Origin: Sedimentisphaerales bacterium
Lineage (GTDB): Bacteria > Planctomycetota > Phycisphaerae > Sedimentisphaerales > Anaerobacaceae
Reading direction: 5' to 3'
NCBI GenBank assembly: GCA_963708075.1
Contig: OY970194.1
Coordinates: 6,592,001-6,656,000 of the forward strand
DNA: 64,000 nt
In this document: one piece after another, positions 50,812 through 60,526 of the stretch
Position numbering within the stretch: the stretch's first letter is position 1
Layout of the letters: every line of letters starts with the position of its first letter
The notes under the pieces: generated by a model
Told to the model about the DNA's origin: nothing
What the model saw: the letters and a program-made list of their open reading frames with translations, nothing else
Databases searched by the model: none
Made by a program: the position numbers and the translations under genes

Positions 50812-51912
50812 TCAACCAGCCTGCGAAAGCCGCAGGGATTTGCGAAGCTGGGCGGCACGGTCGAAGATCTCTGCTCTCGTGACGCCCGCCTCGTCGTACA
50901 TGGCAAAGATGTTCTCGTCCGGCGTCTCCGGGGGTACGGTGTGCGAGGCGGCGAAGATGTAGCCGCCGCCGTCGCGGGTCATTCCTTCGAGCAGCTCGGC
51001 GGTGGCCCTGCGCACCTGGTCGGCTGTACCGTTGGGCAGAACGCCCTGGGTATCGACGCCGCCCATGAAGGCGAGGTCCGTGCCGAATTCCTTCTTCAAC
51101 TCCAGCGGACGCATGCCGGGACAATTGCACTGGATGGGGTTCAGCACATCCACGCCGATCTCGATCAAATCCGGAATAATAGGCCGGATCGCGCCGCAGG
51201 AGTGGAACGCCGCGCATAGGCCGCGTCGCTTGGCGACATCGGCATTCTGCTTCAGAAGCGGCTTGACCATTGCCCGCCACATGTCCGGGCTCATCAGCAT
51301 GGATCGCTGACCGCCGGCGTCGTCGCCCAGCCAGAGCCAGTCGAGATCGAACCGCCGGCACGCGGCTTCAGACAGGGCAATCGAGAACTCAGTGCACCGC
51401 CGCATCATTTCCTCCGCCAGGTCCGGCTGAAGCGCAAGCTCCGTCAGCGTCTTTTCCATCCCCTGCAGACGCCAATACATCTCGAAGACACAGGGCGAGA
51501 CATCGCAGCCCACGAAGTAGTCGCGTCTGAACTCCATCACCGGCTTCATCAGGTCCACGAGCGAATCGACGCGATCGATGGGAAACTTGTATTGCAGCAT
51601 CTGCTCTTGCCCGGCGTTGACCAGAGGGTACCTGGAGATTTGGTTGAAGCCGTCGATCCGCGTCCACTCGATCCCCCATTCATCGATGTGCGATTGGCCG
51701 TCGCGGTCGTGCACGATCCCCTCCATCGCGTAGTTGTTGCTCACCCAGGTCTGGCGGATGTCATCGCCCATGACGGCGGCGACATACTGCGGCGGGATCT
51801 CCAGTAATCTGCCCAGCCGGTCCCGGGTCTGCGGGTGGTACCACATGAAGATCGGCACACGATCCACGGGCTTTCGCTGCAAGGCGGCATGTACGCGCTC
51901 TTTCGACGTCAT
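50812..51912 (-). CDS. Uroporphyrinogen decarboxylase-family (MtaA/CmuA-like) protein
   Basis: MTSKERV...DRVP, DEWG, GDD, FHSCG, NPIQ, GGVDTQ, GGGYI...H. Confidence 0.85.
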   Translation of the reverse strand: MTSKERVHAALQRKPVDRVPIFMWYHPQTRDRLGRLLEIPPQYVAAVMGDDIRQTWVSNNYAMEGIVHDRDGQSHIDEWGIEWTRIDGFNQISRYPLVNAGQEQMLQYKFPIDRVDSLVDLMKPVMEFRRDYFVGCDVSPCVFEMYWRLQGMEKTLTELALQPDLAEEMMRRCTEFSIALSEAACRRFDLDWLWLGDDAGGQRSMLMSPDMWRAMVKPLLKQNADVAKRRGLCAAFHSCGAIRPIIPDLIEIGVDVLNPIQCNCPGMRPLELKKEFGTDLAFMGGVDTQGVLPNGTADQVRRATAELLEGMTRDGGGYIFAASHTVPPETPDENIFAMYDEAGVTRAEIFDRAAQLRKSLRLSQAG

Positions 51913-52052
51913 TTCTGCACCAACTCGATGTCGTTACCCGTCCGGGGGCAGACTCTCGCAGCGTCTCTCTTCATGGCATATCCTTTCAGATAGTCGGATT
52001 TGACAGTACAGGGTAACATATTGGGAATGGTACTCAAGAGGAGAATTCAACT

Positions 52053-53030
52053 ATGGTTACGAACCGTCGCGACTTTCTGAAGAGAGCGTCGCAAGCTGCT
52101 ATTGTGGCCGGCTCAGCATTGCCACTGCGTTCTATCGGCAAAGAGTTACCGGCGTCCATTCCCATCGTTGACACGCACCAGCACTTGTGGGACCTGACCA
52201 AGTTCAAGCTGCCGTGGCTCAAACCGCCGCTGGACAGGAGTTTCACCACAAAGGATTACCTCGAAGCGACCCGGGACCTTCACATCGTGAAGGCGGTCTA
52301 TATGGAGGTGGCGATGCCTGCCGAGCAGCGGGTGCAGGAGGCGGAGTACATCATCGAGCTTTGCAGGGATCCGAACGGTCCGACGTGCGCTGCTGTGATC
52401 GCCGGCTCGCCCGCCGAGGATGGCTTCGAGTTGTACATCAGGCGATTCAAGGACAATGCCTGCATCAAGGGTGTGAGGGCCTCTTTCTCGTCTGCCAAAC
52501 AAATGAGCGATGGGCAGGTAGTCAAGAATCTGCGGCTGTTGGGCGAGCTTGGCATGCGCTTCGATCTGAACGTTCCGCCGCAGTCCCTTGCTGACGCGGT
52601 GCAACTGGTGGACCAGTGTCCGGGCACGCGGTTTGTTCTCGATCACTGTGGGAATGTCGATCCGGTCGCCTTTTTTCCTCGCGACCGCGCTGCGCCGAGA
52701 GCGGGTCAACACTCCCCCGACGAATGGAAGCAGGGCATGGACAAGCTGGCGGCAAAGCCCAATGTCATCTGCAAAATCTCGGGGCTCGTGGACAATGTCC
52801 CCGGCTATCCTTTGACAGCGGATGATCTGGCTCCGATGATCAACCATTGTCTCGACACTTTTGGGCCGGACCGTGTGGTCTTCGGGAGCGACTGGCCGGT
52901 ATGCCTTCGCGGGACGTCCCTGCGCAACTGGGTCGAGCTCCTGAGGGAAGTGATCGCAAGCCGATCTGAGAGGGACCGACGCAAGCTCTTCCACGATAAC
53001 GCAGTCAGATTCTACAATCTGCCCTTGTAG
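52053..53030 (+). CDS. Tat-exported amidohydrolase_2 (sugar-lactonase-like)
   Basis: RRDFLK; DTHQHLW, LDHCG, CKISG, FGSDWPV. Confidence 0.87.
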   Translation: MVTNRRDFLKRASQAAIVAGSALPLRSIGKELPASIPIVDTHQHLWDLTKFKLPWLKPPLDRSFTTKDYLEATRDLHIVKAVYMEVAMPAEQRVQEAEYIIELCRDPNGPTCAAVIAGSPAEDGFELYIRRFKDNACIKGVRASFSSAKQMSDGQVVKNLRLLGELGMRFDLNVPPQSLADAVQLVDQCPGTRFVLDHCGNVDPVAFFPRDRAAPRAGQHSPDEWKQGMDKLAAKPNVICKISGLVDNVPGYPLTADDLAPMINHCLDTFGPDRVVFGSDWPVCLRGTSLRNWVELLREVIASRSERDRRKLFHDNAVRFYNLPL

Positions 53031-53065
53031 TCGCAGTACGCCGACTATCTCAAAACTGTGGGTTG

Positions 53066-53146
53066 CGGGTGCCATGTCCGCGCTCGCGTGGACATGCTCC
53101 ATCGACAGAGCAAGGCATGCTTACGCAAGCGTAAGCATGGCACCCG
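53066..53146. repeat. REPIN-like doublet, GGG(C/T)GCCATG family, copy 3
   Basis: CGGGTGCCATG...CATGGCACCCG with the same two internal hairpins. Confidence 0.85.
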
Positions 53147-53192
53147 ACCCAATGACCGAAAGCCGCCCCCCCAAATTGGGATGGCCGCAGTG

Positions 53193-53256
53193 GTAGGGTG
53201 GGGCTGGCTCCACCGATTCCTCTGTGCCGCTTGTAGTGGGGCAAGTCCCACCCTGC
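53193..53256. repeat. GTAG-type REP doublet
   Basis: GTAGGGTGGGGCTGGCTCCACC...GTGGGGCAAGTCCCACCCTGC. Confidence 0.7.
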
Positions 53257-53308
53257 TGACTCTACGTCTCTGTTTGCAGTCGCGAAGCCGGGACGTTACA
53301 ATTGCGGC

Positions 53309-54424
53309 ATGATAATCATAAAGAGCTACGTGGCATGTATTCCGATGTTCGTACTGCTGCTGGTTCTGTGGGGATTCGCGGGCACGGCTTGTGCCGCACA
53401 GCCGGTGGAGGCGACCGACGCAAATCGGGTGGTATTCCTGCCTATTGAAGTCCCCATCGTCATCGTCAAGTACTTCCCGGTGGACGGCGACAAGATCGAC
53501 ATCAAAATCACCGGCGATTGGGGCGAGTCGTTAGCGGCGACGCGGGAGAAGACCGAGCGGATCACGCGGCAGACGATTGCGGCCTTAGAGGAAGGCTCCC
53601 GTTATCATGGCTATAAGGATGCGAACGCCAAGCCGAGCCTCAAATACAAGATCCTTTCCGTCAGCGAGTTCCTGCGGCCTTTGCCCGTTCGGCCAAAGCG
53701 GCCGGGCGACGGAGTCCCGATGACCGATTACACGCGGATCATGGCCGACATCGACGGCCGGACCTGGATCGAGCAGAAGGGTGTGAAGGAAATCTGGGTA
53801 TTTGGCTATCACGGCGGTGTCGTCGGCTTGTGGGAATCGAACATGTCCAGTCCGTTCGGCGACGTGAGCAATTCCGATCGCGACCCGAACGATCTGCCGG
53901 TGCTCAGCCGCACATACACGATGTACCACTACAACTACCAGCGGGATGTGGGCGAGGCGGTCGAGAATCACGCTCATCAGATCGAGCATCTGCTCAATTA
54001 CGTGGACGGCCGGGACACCACGCCGGAGGAGAAATGGCCGGACCTGCTCTTCTGGGGTACGTTCGTGGGGAGCGATGCCTCGCACAAGTTGGTTGCGGTC
54101 CGCACGCCGGATGGCAGGCAGGTCTATCGCTGCGGCTGGACACATTACGCACCCAACAGCGAGCGCGATTATGACTGGACGAATCAGCGGATGATCGAGA
54201 CCGATATTGAGGATTGGCGGCCGGAAGGGCTCGGCAAGACGCAGAAGATCAACTGCGACCGCTGGCAGGGCAACGACCTCCAATGGAAGATCTACTGGAT
54301 GCAGAACCTTCCCGGCGCCGGCAACAGCCTGACGTTCAAGGGCAAACGCCTGACGAATTGGTGGCTTTTCACGGGCGACTGGGATTACGTGATGAAGAAC
54401 AAGATCGGCCTCGTCGAACGATAG
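53309..54424 (+). CDS. Secreted hypothetical protein, possible metallopeptidase
   Basis: Signal peptide; ENHAHQIEH and CGWTHYAPN segments; Trp-rich C-terminus. Confidence 0.65.
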   Translation: MIIIKSYVACIPMFVLLLVLWGFAGTACAAQPVEATDANRVVFLPIEVPIVIVKYFPVDGDKIDIKITGDWGESLAATREKTERITRQTIAALEEGSRYHGYKDANAKPSLKYKILSVSEFLRPLPVRPKRPGDGVPMTDYTRIMADIDGRTWIEQKGVKEIWVFGYHGGVVGLWESNMSSPFGDVSNSDRDPNDLPVLSRTYTMYHYNYQRDVGEAVENHAHQIEHLLNYVDGRDTTPEEKWPDLLFWGTFVGSDASHKLVAVRTPDGRQVYRCGWTHYAPNSERDYDWTNQRMIETDIEDWRPEGLGKTQKINCDRWQGNDLQWKIYWMQNLPGAGNSLTFKGKRLTNWWLFTGDWDYVMKNKIGLVER

Positions 54425-54451
54425 AGGCCTTGTGCTCACAGGTCTGAAGGG

Positions 54452-56707
54452 ATGGCAGGCAGACTCCTCATCAGTTCGTGCATCCTGGCGGTTCTCTGCG
54501 GTTTTGCAGCCGCCGCTCAGGATGTGAATGATCCGTCACTCCTGACGGTTGCGCGGATCTTTGACTCCAATGAGTTCAAGGGCGAATCTCGCGGTCCGTT
54601 CCGATGGCTCGAAGACAGCTCCGCGTACACCGCCCTGGAGGACTCCGCCGAGATCAAAGACGGCAAAGATTTCGTACAGTATGATCCCCGGACGGGCGAG
54701 CGGCGGATTCTCGTACCGGCCCAAAAGCTGATTCCCGAGAGCCAGTCAAGCCCGCTCAAGGTCAGCGATCACTCCTGGTCCCAAGACCGTCGCAAACTGC
54801 TGATTTTCACGCACGCCCAGCGTGTGTGGCGGACGAACTCGCGGGGCGACTACTGGGTGCTCGATCTCGATGATTGGACGCTTCGGAAGCTCGGAGGGGA
54901 GGCGAAGCCGTCCACGCTGATGTTCGCCAAGTTCTCTCCGGATGGTGGCCGCGTTGCTTACCTTTGCGACCGCAACATCTATGTCCAGAACTTGAGAACG
55001 CTCAAGATCAGGCAGCTCATGCGCGACGGCTCCGAGACGGTCGTCAACGGCACCGGCGACTGGGTCTACGAAGAGGAGTTTGGATTGCGCGACGGATTCC
55101 AATGGAGCCCCGACAGCAGGTACATCGCGTACTGGCAATTCGACACTTCGGGCGTGCCCGGGTACTGCCTTGTCAACAATACGGGCTCGTTGTATCCAGG
55201 TATCACCACGATCCCGTATCCGAAAGTGGGGCAGGAGAACTCTGCTTGCCGGGTCGGGGTCGTCAAAGCATCCGGCGGCCGGACACGCTGGCTTCGGCTC
55301 TCGAACGATCCTCGAAATCACTACATTCCCCGAATGGGCTGGACTGTCGACTCGAAGTCCGTCATCCTGCAGCAGCTTAACCGACTGCAGAATACGGTCG
55401 AGGTCATCATTGCGGATGCCCGCACAGGGGCCGGCCGGCAAGTGTTGTGCGAGAAGGATGACGCCTGGGTGGAAGTCTGCGACAGTCTGACCTGGCTGGA
55501 CGGCGGCAGGAGTCTCACGTGGCTGAGCGAGCGCGACGGCTGGCAACACTTGTACCGGGTCTCGCGTGCAGACGGGCAAACCACGCTCTTGACGCCGGGA
55601 CAGTTCGATGTGATACGGCTGGAACGCGTCGACGAGATCGGGGGCTGGGCGTACTACACAGCCTCGCCCGACAATCCCACGCAGCAGTACTTGTATCGGG
55701 TCCCGCTCGACGGCAGCGGCAGAGCGGAGCGACTTACGCCTTCGGATCAGGCGGGGACACACGCATACGACATCTCACCCGACGCCAAGTGGGCGCTGCA
55801 CACGTACTCGTCATTCGACGTGCCGCCGATTGTCGAGCTTGTCTCATTGCCCGACCACCGCGTTGTCCGTGTTCTCGTAGACAATTCGGAACTGCGAGCT
55901 AAGCTGGCTGCTCTAAAGAGAGTTCCGACGGAGTTCCTCCGTGTTGACATCGGTGACGGTGTGCTGCTGGACGCGTGGTGCATGAAACCGCCTGATTTCG
56001 AGCCGGGTAAGCAGTACCCGCTGCTTTTCCATGTATACGGGGAGCCGGCGGGACAGACAGTGCTGGATCAGTGGGGCGGCGAGAAATACCTCTGGCATCT
56101 GATGCTCGCCCAGCGCGGCTGCATCGTCATGAGCGTGGACAATCGCGGGACGCCCGCTCCTCGCGGCCGCCAGTGGCGTAAGTGCGTTTACCGGCAGATC
56201 GGCATCCTCGCCTCCGCGGATCAGGCGGCCGCAGCTCGCGAGATCATCGCACAGCGACCCTATATCGATCCCAATCGCGTAGGCGTGTGGGGCTGGAGCG
56301 GCGGCGGATCCATGACTCTCAATGCGATCTTCCGTTATCCCGACCTCTACCGCACCGCCATCGCCATCGCCTTCATCAGCAATCAGCGGTTCTACGACAC
56401 GATCTACCAGGAGCGGTACATGGGCCTGCCGGACGATAACGCAGAAGGCTACAGGAACGGCTCGCCCATCACCTTCGCCCATCAGCTCAAAGGGAACCTT
56501 CTGCTCATTCACGGCACCGGCGACGACAATTGCCATTACCAGAACTGTGAGGCCCTGATCGACGAGTTAATCAAGCAGAAGAAGCAATTCCGCATGATGT
56601 CGTACCCCAACCGGACCCACAGCATCCGGGAAGGGGAGGGCACCAGACTCCACCTGTACGAGCTCATGACGCACTACCTCGAAGAGAACCTCCGTATCGA
56701 TTACTGA
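54452..56707 (+). CDS. S9B dipeptidyl peptidase IV
   Basis: DWVYEEE, GWSGGG (Ser), DDNCH (Asp), RTHSI (His). Confidence 0.93.
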   Translation: MAGRLLISSCILAVLCGFAAAAQDVNDPSLLTVARIFDSNEFKGESRGPFRWLEDSSAYTALEDSAEIKDGKDFVQYDPRTGERRILVPAQKLIPESQSSPLKVSDHSWSQDRRKLLIFTHAQRVWRTNSRGDYWVLDLDDWTLRKLGGEAKPSTLMFAKFSPDGGRVAYLCDRNIYVQNLRTLKIRQLMRDGSETVVNGTGDWVYEEEFGLRDGFQWSPDSRYIAYWQFDTSGVPGYCLVNNTGSLYPGITTIPYPKVGQENSACRVGVVKASGGRTRWLRLSNDPRNHYIPRMGWTVDSKSVILQQLNRLQNTVEVIIADARTGAGRQVLCEKDDAWVEVCDSLTWLDGGRSLTWLSERDGWQHLYRVSRADGQTTLLTPGQFDVIRLERVDEIGGWAYYTASPDNPTQQYLYRVPLDGSGRAERLTPSDQAGTHAYDISPDAKWALHTYSSFDVPPIVELVSLPDHRVVRVLVDNSELRAKLAALKRVPTEFLRVDIGDGVLLDAWCMKPPDFEPGKQYPLLFHVYGEPAGQTVLDQWGGEKYLWHLMLAQRGCIVMSVDNRGTPAPRGRQWRKCVYRQIGILASADQAAAAREIIAQRPYIDPNRVGVWGWSGGGSMTLNAIFRYPDLYRTAIAIAFISNQRFYDTIYQERYMGLPDDNAEGYRNGSPITFAHQLKGNLLLIHGTGDDNCHYQNCEALIDELIKQKKQFRMMSYPNRTHSIREGEGTRLHLYELMTHYLEENLRIDY

Positions 56708-56857
56708 TTATGCATCTCCGGCTGAGGAAGCCAAGCCGAGCTTCTTCTTGACTCGATGATAGAGGTACGATGCGCCGATCATGAGAACGCCGAGCACCAG
56801 GAAGGATACGATCCGGTAGGTTTCCTGCACCTCGGCCACTCCCAGGTTATCCATCAT
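56708..56857 (-). pseudogene. C-terminal remnant of a DUF2339-like membrane protein gene
   Basis: Hand translation MMDNLGVAEVQETYRIVSFLVLGVLMIGASYLYHRVKKKLG... resembles the last TM helix of DUF2339 proteins. Confidence 0.6.
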
Positions 56858-56877
56858 GTGTCATGAATAGTCCGACC

Positions 56878-58965
56878 TTATAGCTCGATGACCGCCACGT
56901 CGAACCTGTCGATCTTGATGGATGCCTCCGTCCTTGTGTCGCTCAACAGTTCGAGCTTATCCCGCGGTACGTCCACCGTTTGGGGCTCGTCGGTGTGATT
57001 GATGAGGAACAGCAGTCTCTTGCCGTCTCCCTGGCGGATGGATGCTTCCATGCCGACCGGCGGACTGACCACGGGACGAATGCCGGAATCTTCGAGCAGT
57101 TGATGGATTATGTCATCGTAGAAGGCGTCCTCCTTGACCACGGTCCCCACGTACCATCCCTGGCCCTTGCCGTAGCTGTTGCGTGTGACCGCCGCGAAGG
57201 GCTTCATATGCCATTGATCCACGTAGTGAGCCAGCGGTGTGGCGTCTTGAGGAGTCACCCAATCTACGTACTGGACCGCCGTGTAGCCGCCGGAGACTGT
57301 GTAGGAGGTGTCGGCGCCGAGGCTGCTGTATTCCTCAATCGTGATCCCGAGAGCCGGAGAGAGCAGGCCCGGCAGCGTTCTTTCGTGGCATAGATTGCGT
57401 TCGTCTTTCACGCCCGTTCTGCAATCGGCGAGCAGGACACCACCCTCTTTGACGTAGGTTTCCAATTTGTGAGCCGTTTCATCCGGCATGATCGACAGGT
57501 CCGGCGCGAGAACCAACTTGTATTTCGACAGGTCCGCCCCGCGGTTCACGATATCGACGTTGACGCCAGCTCGCATGAGCGCACCGTAGTAACGTCGGAT
57601 CGCGCCCTGCAGGCTGTTGCCGGCAAAGCCCGGCTGGAAACTGAGCGACCACAGGTTGTCGTAATCGTAGAGGATGGCGACATCCGACACGACCGTTGTG
57701 CCGCGCAGGTAGCTCTCCAGCTTGCGAAATTCCTTCGCCGTCCGGGCCGCCTCATGGTAACGTCGCAGCGGCTTGCCGTCGTGTCCAAGCAGGCCGTGCC
57801 AGTACTGCTCGCGGCCAACGGTGCACGTCCGCCAGCGGAACCAGATCTGCCCGTCCGAGCCGTGCGCGAGTTGCTGGTAGGCGATTTTGCGGATCTCGCC
57901 GGGCCAGGGATTGCGGCCGAAGCTCTCCCACCCGCAAGGGCCCGCCGTCTGCTCCATGATCATGAAGTTCTTCTGCTTCAGCCCTCGCATGACATCGGCG
58001 GCCAACGATGCGTCGTACGGGATGTTCGGCTTGTCCGACCAGATCGGGTAATTGTCCCAGGACACCAAATCAAGGTCCCGAGCCATTTCGTAATAATCGA
58101 GCGAGCTGAACAGGCCCATGAAGTTGTGCGTGATGAAATCGTCCGGGCAAAGCTCTCGAATGATCCTCGCCTGGGCTCCCTGAAAGCGGGCCTGCTGCCA
58201 CGTGATGAACCGTTTCCAGTCGAGGCAGGCGCTCGGGTTGCCCATGACCCATGGACGATCCGTGGCGCAGTCCGGGATCGTGATCTCGTCCCAGGCAGTG
58301 AACTTGAGTCCCCAGAAGTGATTGCCCCAGGCGCGGTTCAACTCCTCCAGCGAGCTGTATCTCCTCCGGAGCCAATTCTGGAACTGGGCCAGGCACGAGG
58401 GACAGAAGCACTCCTCACCGCCGAACTCGTTATCGATTTGCCAGCCGATGATGTTGGGCCTCCTGGCGAAATGCTCAGCCATCGCCAGGGTGATCCGCTC
58501 GGAAAGCAGCCGGTAGTCGCGATTCGAATAGCAGTTGTGCTTGCGGCCGCCCCAGACGATACGCGTGCCGTCGGCCTTCATCCGCAGGGCCTCCGGGTAC
58601 TTGCGGGCGACCCAGGCGGGCATCACGGCGGTGGGGGTGCCGAGGATCACGTTCATGTCATAGCGGGCGAGCAGCTTTACTGCATCGTCCAGCCAGCCGA
58701 ACTCGAATTCGCCTTCACGTGGCTCCATGTCGATCCATGCGAACTCGGCCAGTCGCACCGTGTTGAAGCCCGCCTCCTTCATGAGCTTGATATCGGTTTC
58801 CCATCTGTCCCGCGGCCAGTGCTCGGGGTAATAGTCCACGCCGATGTACATCGCCCGGCCGGGCGAAAGCACCTGCTGTCCCTGCACGACGGCTGTCTGC
58901 CCGAAACCAACAACCGACCACCAGCAACCAGCAACGATGCTCACGAGTGCCATGCGTCGTTTCAT
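56878..58965 (-). CDS. GH42 beta-galactosidase
   Basis: GVDYYPEHW, RLAEFAW, WQIDNE (acid/base), MEQTAG (nucleophile), FRWR...EQYWHG. Confidence 0.93.
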   Translation of the reverse strand: MKRRMALVSIVAGCWWSVVGFGQTAVVQGQQVLSPGRAMYIGVDYYPEHWPRDRWETDIKLMKEAGFNTVRLAEFAWIDMEPREGEFEFGWLDDAVKLLARYDMNVILGTPTAVMPAWVARKYPEALRMKADGTRIVWGGRKHNCYSNRDYRLLSERITLAMAEHFARRPNIIGWQIDNEFGGEECFCPSCLAQFQNWLRRRYSSLEELNRAWGNHFWGLKFTAWDEITIPDCATDRPWVMGNPSACLDWKRFITWQQARFQGAQARIIRELCPDDFITHNFMGLFSSLDYYEMARDLDLVSWDNYPIWSDKPNIPYDASLAADVMRGLKQKNFMIMEQTAGPCGWESFGRNPWPGEIRKIAYQQLAHGSDGQIWFRWRTCTVGREQYWHGLLGHDGKPLRRYHEAARTAKEFRKLESYLRGTTVVSDVAILYDYDNLWSLSFQPGFAGNSLQGAIRRYYGALMRAGVNVDIVNRGADLSKYKLVLAPDLSIMPDETAHKLETYVKEGGVLLADCRTGVKDERNLCHERTLPGLLSPALGITIEEYSSLGADTSYTVSGGYTAVQYVDWVTPQDATPLAHYVDQWHMKPFAAVTRNSYGKGQGWYVGTVVKEDAFYDDIIHQLLEDSGIRPVVSPPVGMEASIRQGDGKRLLFLINHTDEPQTVDVPRDKLELLSDTRTEASIKIDRFDVAVIEL

Positions 58966-58983
58966 GTTATCGCCTTTCCTGGA

Positions 58984-60501
58984 TTATGGTTTCTCACATG
59001 CCCCGATGGCCGGCTTCCTTTCTTTGGGCACTCGATGGCCCCAGAAGTCCCTGCCGCCGTTGCCCTCTATGGGCACGCCGGCATTTATGCATGGCGAGTC
59101 CAACCTCAACTTGTAGGCAGTCGCCCGGGCGAGTTCCGCCGGGTTCACGGGCATTGTCGCGCCGGCGTTCACTAGCCTGGGATCGACGTGCTTGCCGACT
59201 ACCTCGCCGCCCATCTTCTCCTGGCCGGTCGCCTCCGCCCACTCGGCAAGAGTAGCGTGGCCGTCGAATGACAACGTTTGTCCGTCCGCCGACCAGTAGA
59301 TATTGTTCTCGAATCGCCCTCTCTTTGTCTCGCCGGAGACCGCGTCGCCGGAGCAGATGAAGACGTTGTTGCGGAACACGACGTTGGGCATGGGTAGGCC
59401 GCCAAACCCGACGGCGGCGCCATTCGCGTTGAACACAGTGTTATTGTAGACTCGGCAATCTGACGCGTTGGGGCTGGCGGAGTAAACATCGATACCGCTG
59501 CGCCGGTTGTTCTTGACCCCATCATTGTGGCTGATGTTGTAGCGGATCACGTTGTTCTTGAAATCCGGCGCGCCGGGATACTGGCACAGGAAGTAGCCCG
59601 GCCCGTCGTTGTTGCAGGAGAGATTGTACTGAAGGACGGAATTCGATACCCCTCCATCGAGATCGAATCCGCCGCCGTCATCTCCGGGGCTCTTGTTGTC
59701 GTGGGAGATGCAGAACTGGATGGTGACGCGATCGGCGTTCCATGCCCAGATGCCGACCGGGCCGTTGCCCTTGCGGGGCATGTCCCAGCCGTTGTTCGAG
59801 GCCTCGCAGTACTCGATGATCGCGTCGCTCACGTTGCCGACCACGATGCCGTTGCCGCTGTGGTTCGTCAGGTTCGAGGGATCGCCGGGATTGTTGTCCG
59901 CGACGCAGCGGTTGATGCGTACATGTGTTGACCGCTTATGGTAACCCACGGCAATTCCGGCAGAGCCATTCTCGTGGGCATATACATGCGTGATCCGGAC
60001 ATTGTGGACGCCGTCCAATTGCAGTCCGCTCCCTCGGAATCCGCTTGTCCCGATATCGTCGATGTCCGTGCCCTTTGAGTCAGTCACAGAGACGCCGTCC
60101 TCTGTATTTCCGTTCTTGCGCCCTGCGCCGACAAAGGTGAGGTCCTTCACAACGAGGTAGTCACACCCATTTGCCCTGAGGCCGCTGCCGTTGCCTCCAT
60201 CGATGATCGCCCGTCCTTTGCCGTAGGACGTGATTGTCATTTTCCTGCCGGAGGCACCGCTGTCATTTCGGTTAAGCTCGATCGTGCCGGCGAAGCGATT
60301 GCCCGCCTGGAAGCTGACGCAGTCGCCGGGCCCGAGGTTCGTAGCGTTGACTTTCTCTATGCTCCGCCAGGGCCGGGCGCGGGTTCCCGGATTCGAGTCG
60401 TCCCCCGATGGGCTGACATAATGCTGTCGGGAGTAGGCATTAGCCGGACCGAGGGCCCATAGTGATAGGCCGCATAGCAACGATATAAGACCTTTGGACA
60501 T
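58984..60501 (-). CDS. Right-handed parallel beta-helix secreted protein (pectin-lyase fold)
   Basis: YVSPSGDDSNPGT..PW, Asn ladders, DGGGFDLD, SPCINAG...IGACE. Confidence 0.82.
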   Translation of the reverse strand: MSKGLISLLCGLSLWALGPANAYSRQHYVSPSGDDSNPGTRARPWRSIEKVNATNLGPGDCVSFQAGNRFAGTIELNRNDSGASGRKMTITSYGKGRAIIDGGNGSGLRANGCDYLVVKDLTFVGAGRKNGNTEDGVSVTDSKGTDIDDIGTSGFRGSGLQLDGVHNVRITHVYAHENGSAGIAVGYHKRSTHVRINRCVADNNPGDPSNLTNHSGNGIVVGNVSDAIIEYCEASNNGWDMPRKGNGPVGIWAWNADRVTIQFCISHDNKSPGDDGGGFDLDGGVSNSVLQYNLSCNNDGPGYFLCQYPGAPDFKNNVIRYNISHNDGVKNNRRSGIDVYSASPNASDCRVYNNTVFNANGAAVGFGGLPMPNVVFRNNVFICSGDAVSGETKRGRFENNIYWSADGQTLSFDGHATLAEWAEATGQEKMGGEVVGKHVDPRLVNAGATMPVNPAELARATAYKLRLDSPCINAGVPIEGNGGRDFWGHRVPKERKPAIGACEKP

Positions 60502-60526
60502 CCTGGTTCTCCTCTATGTCACTCGA

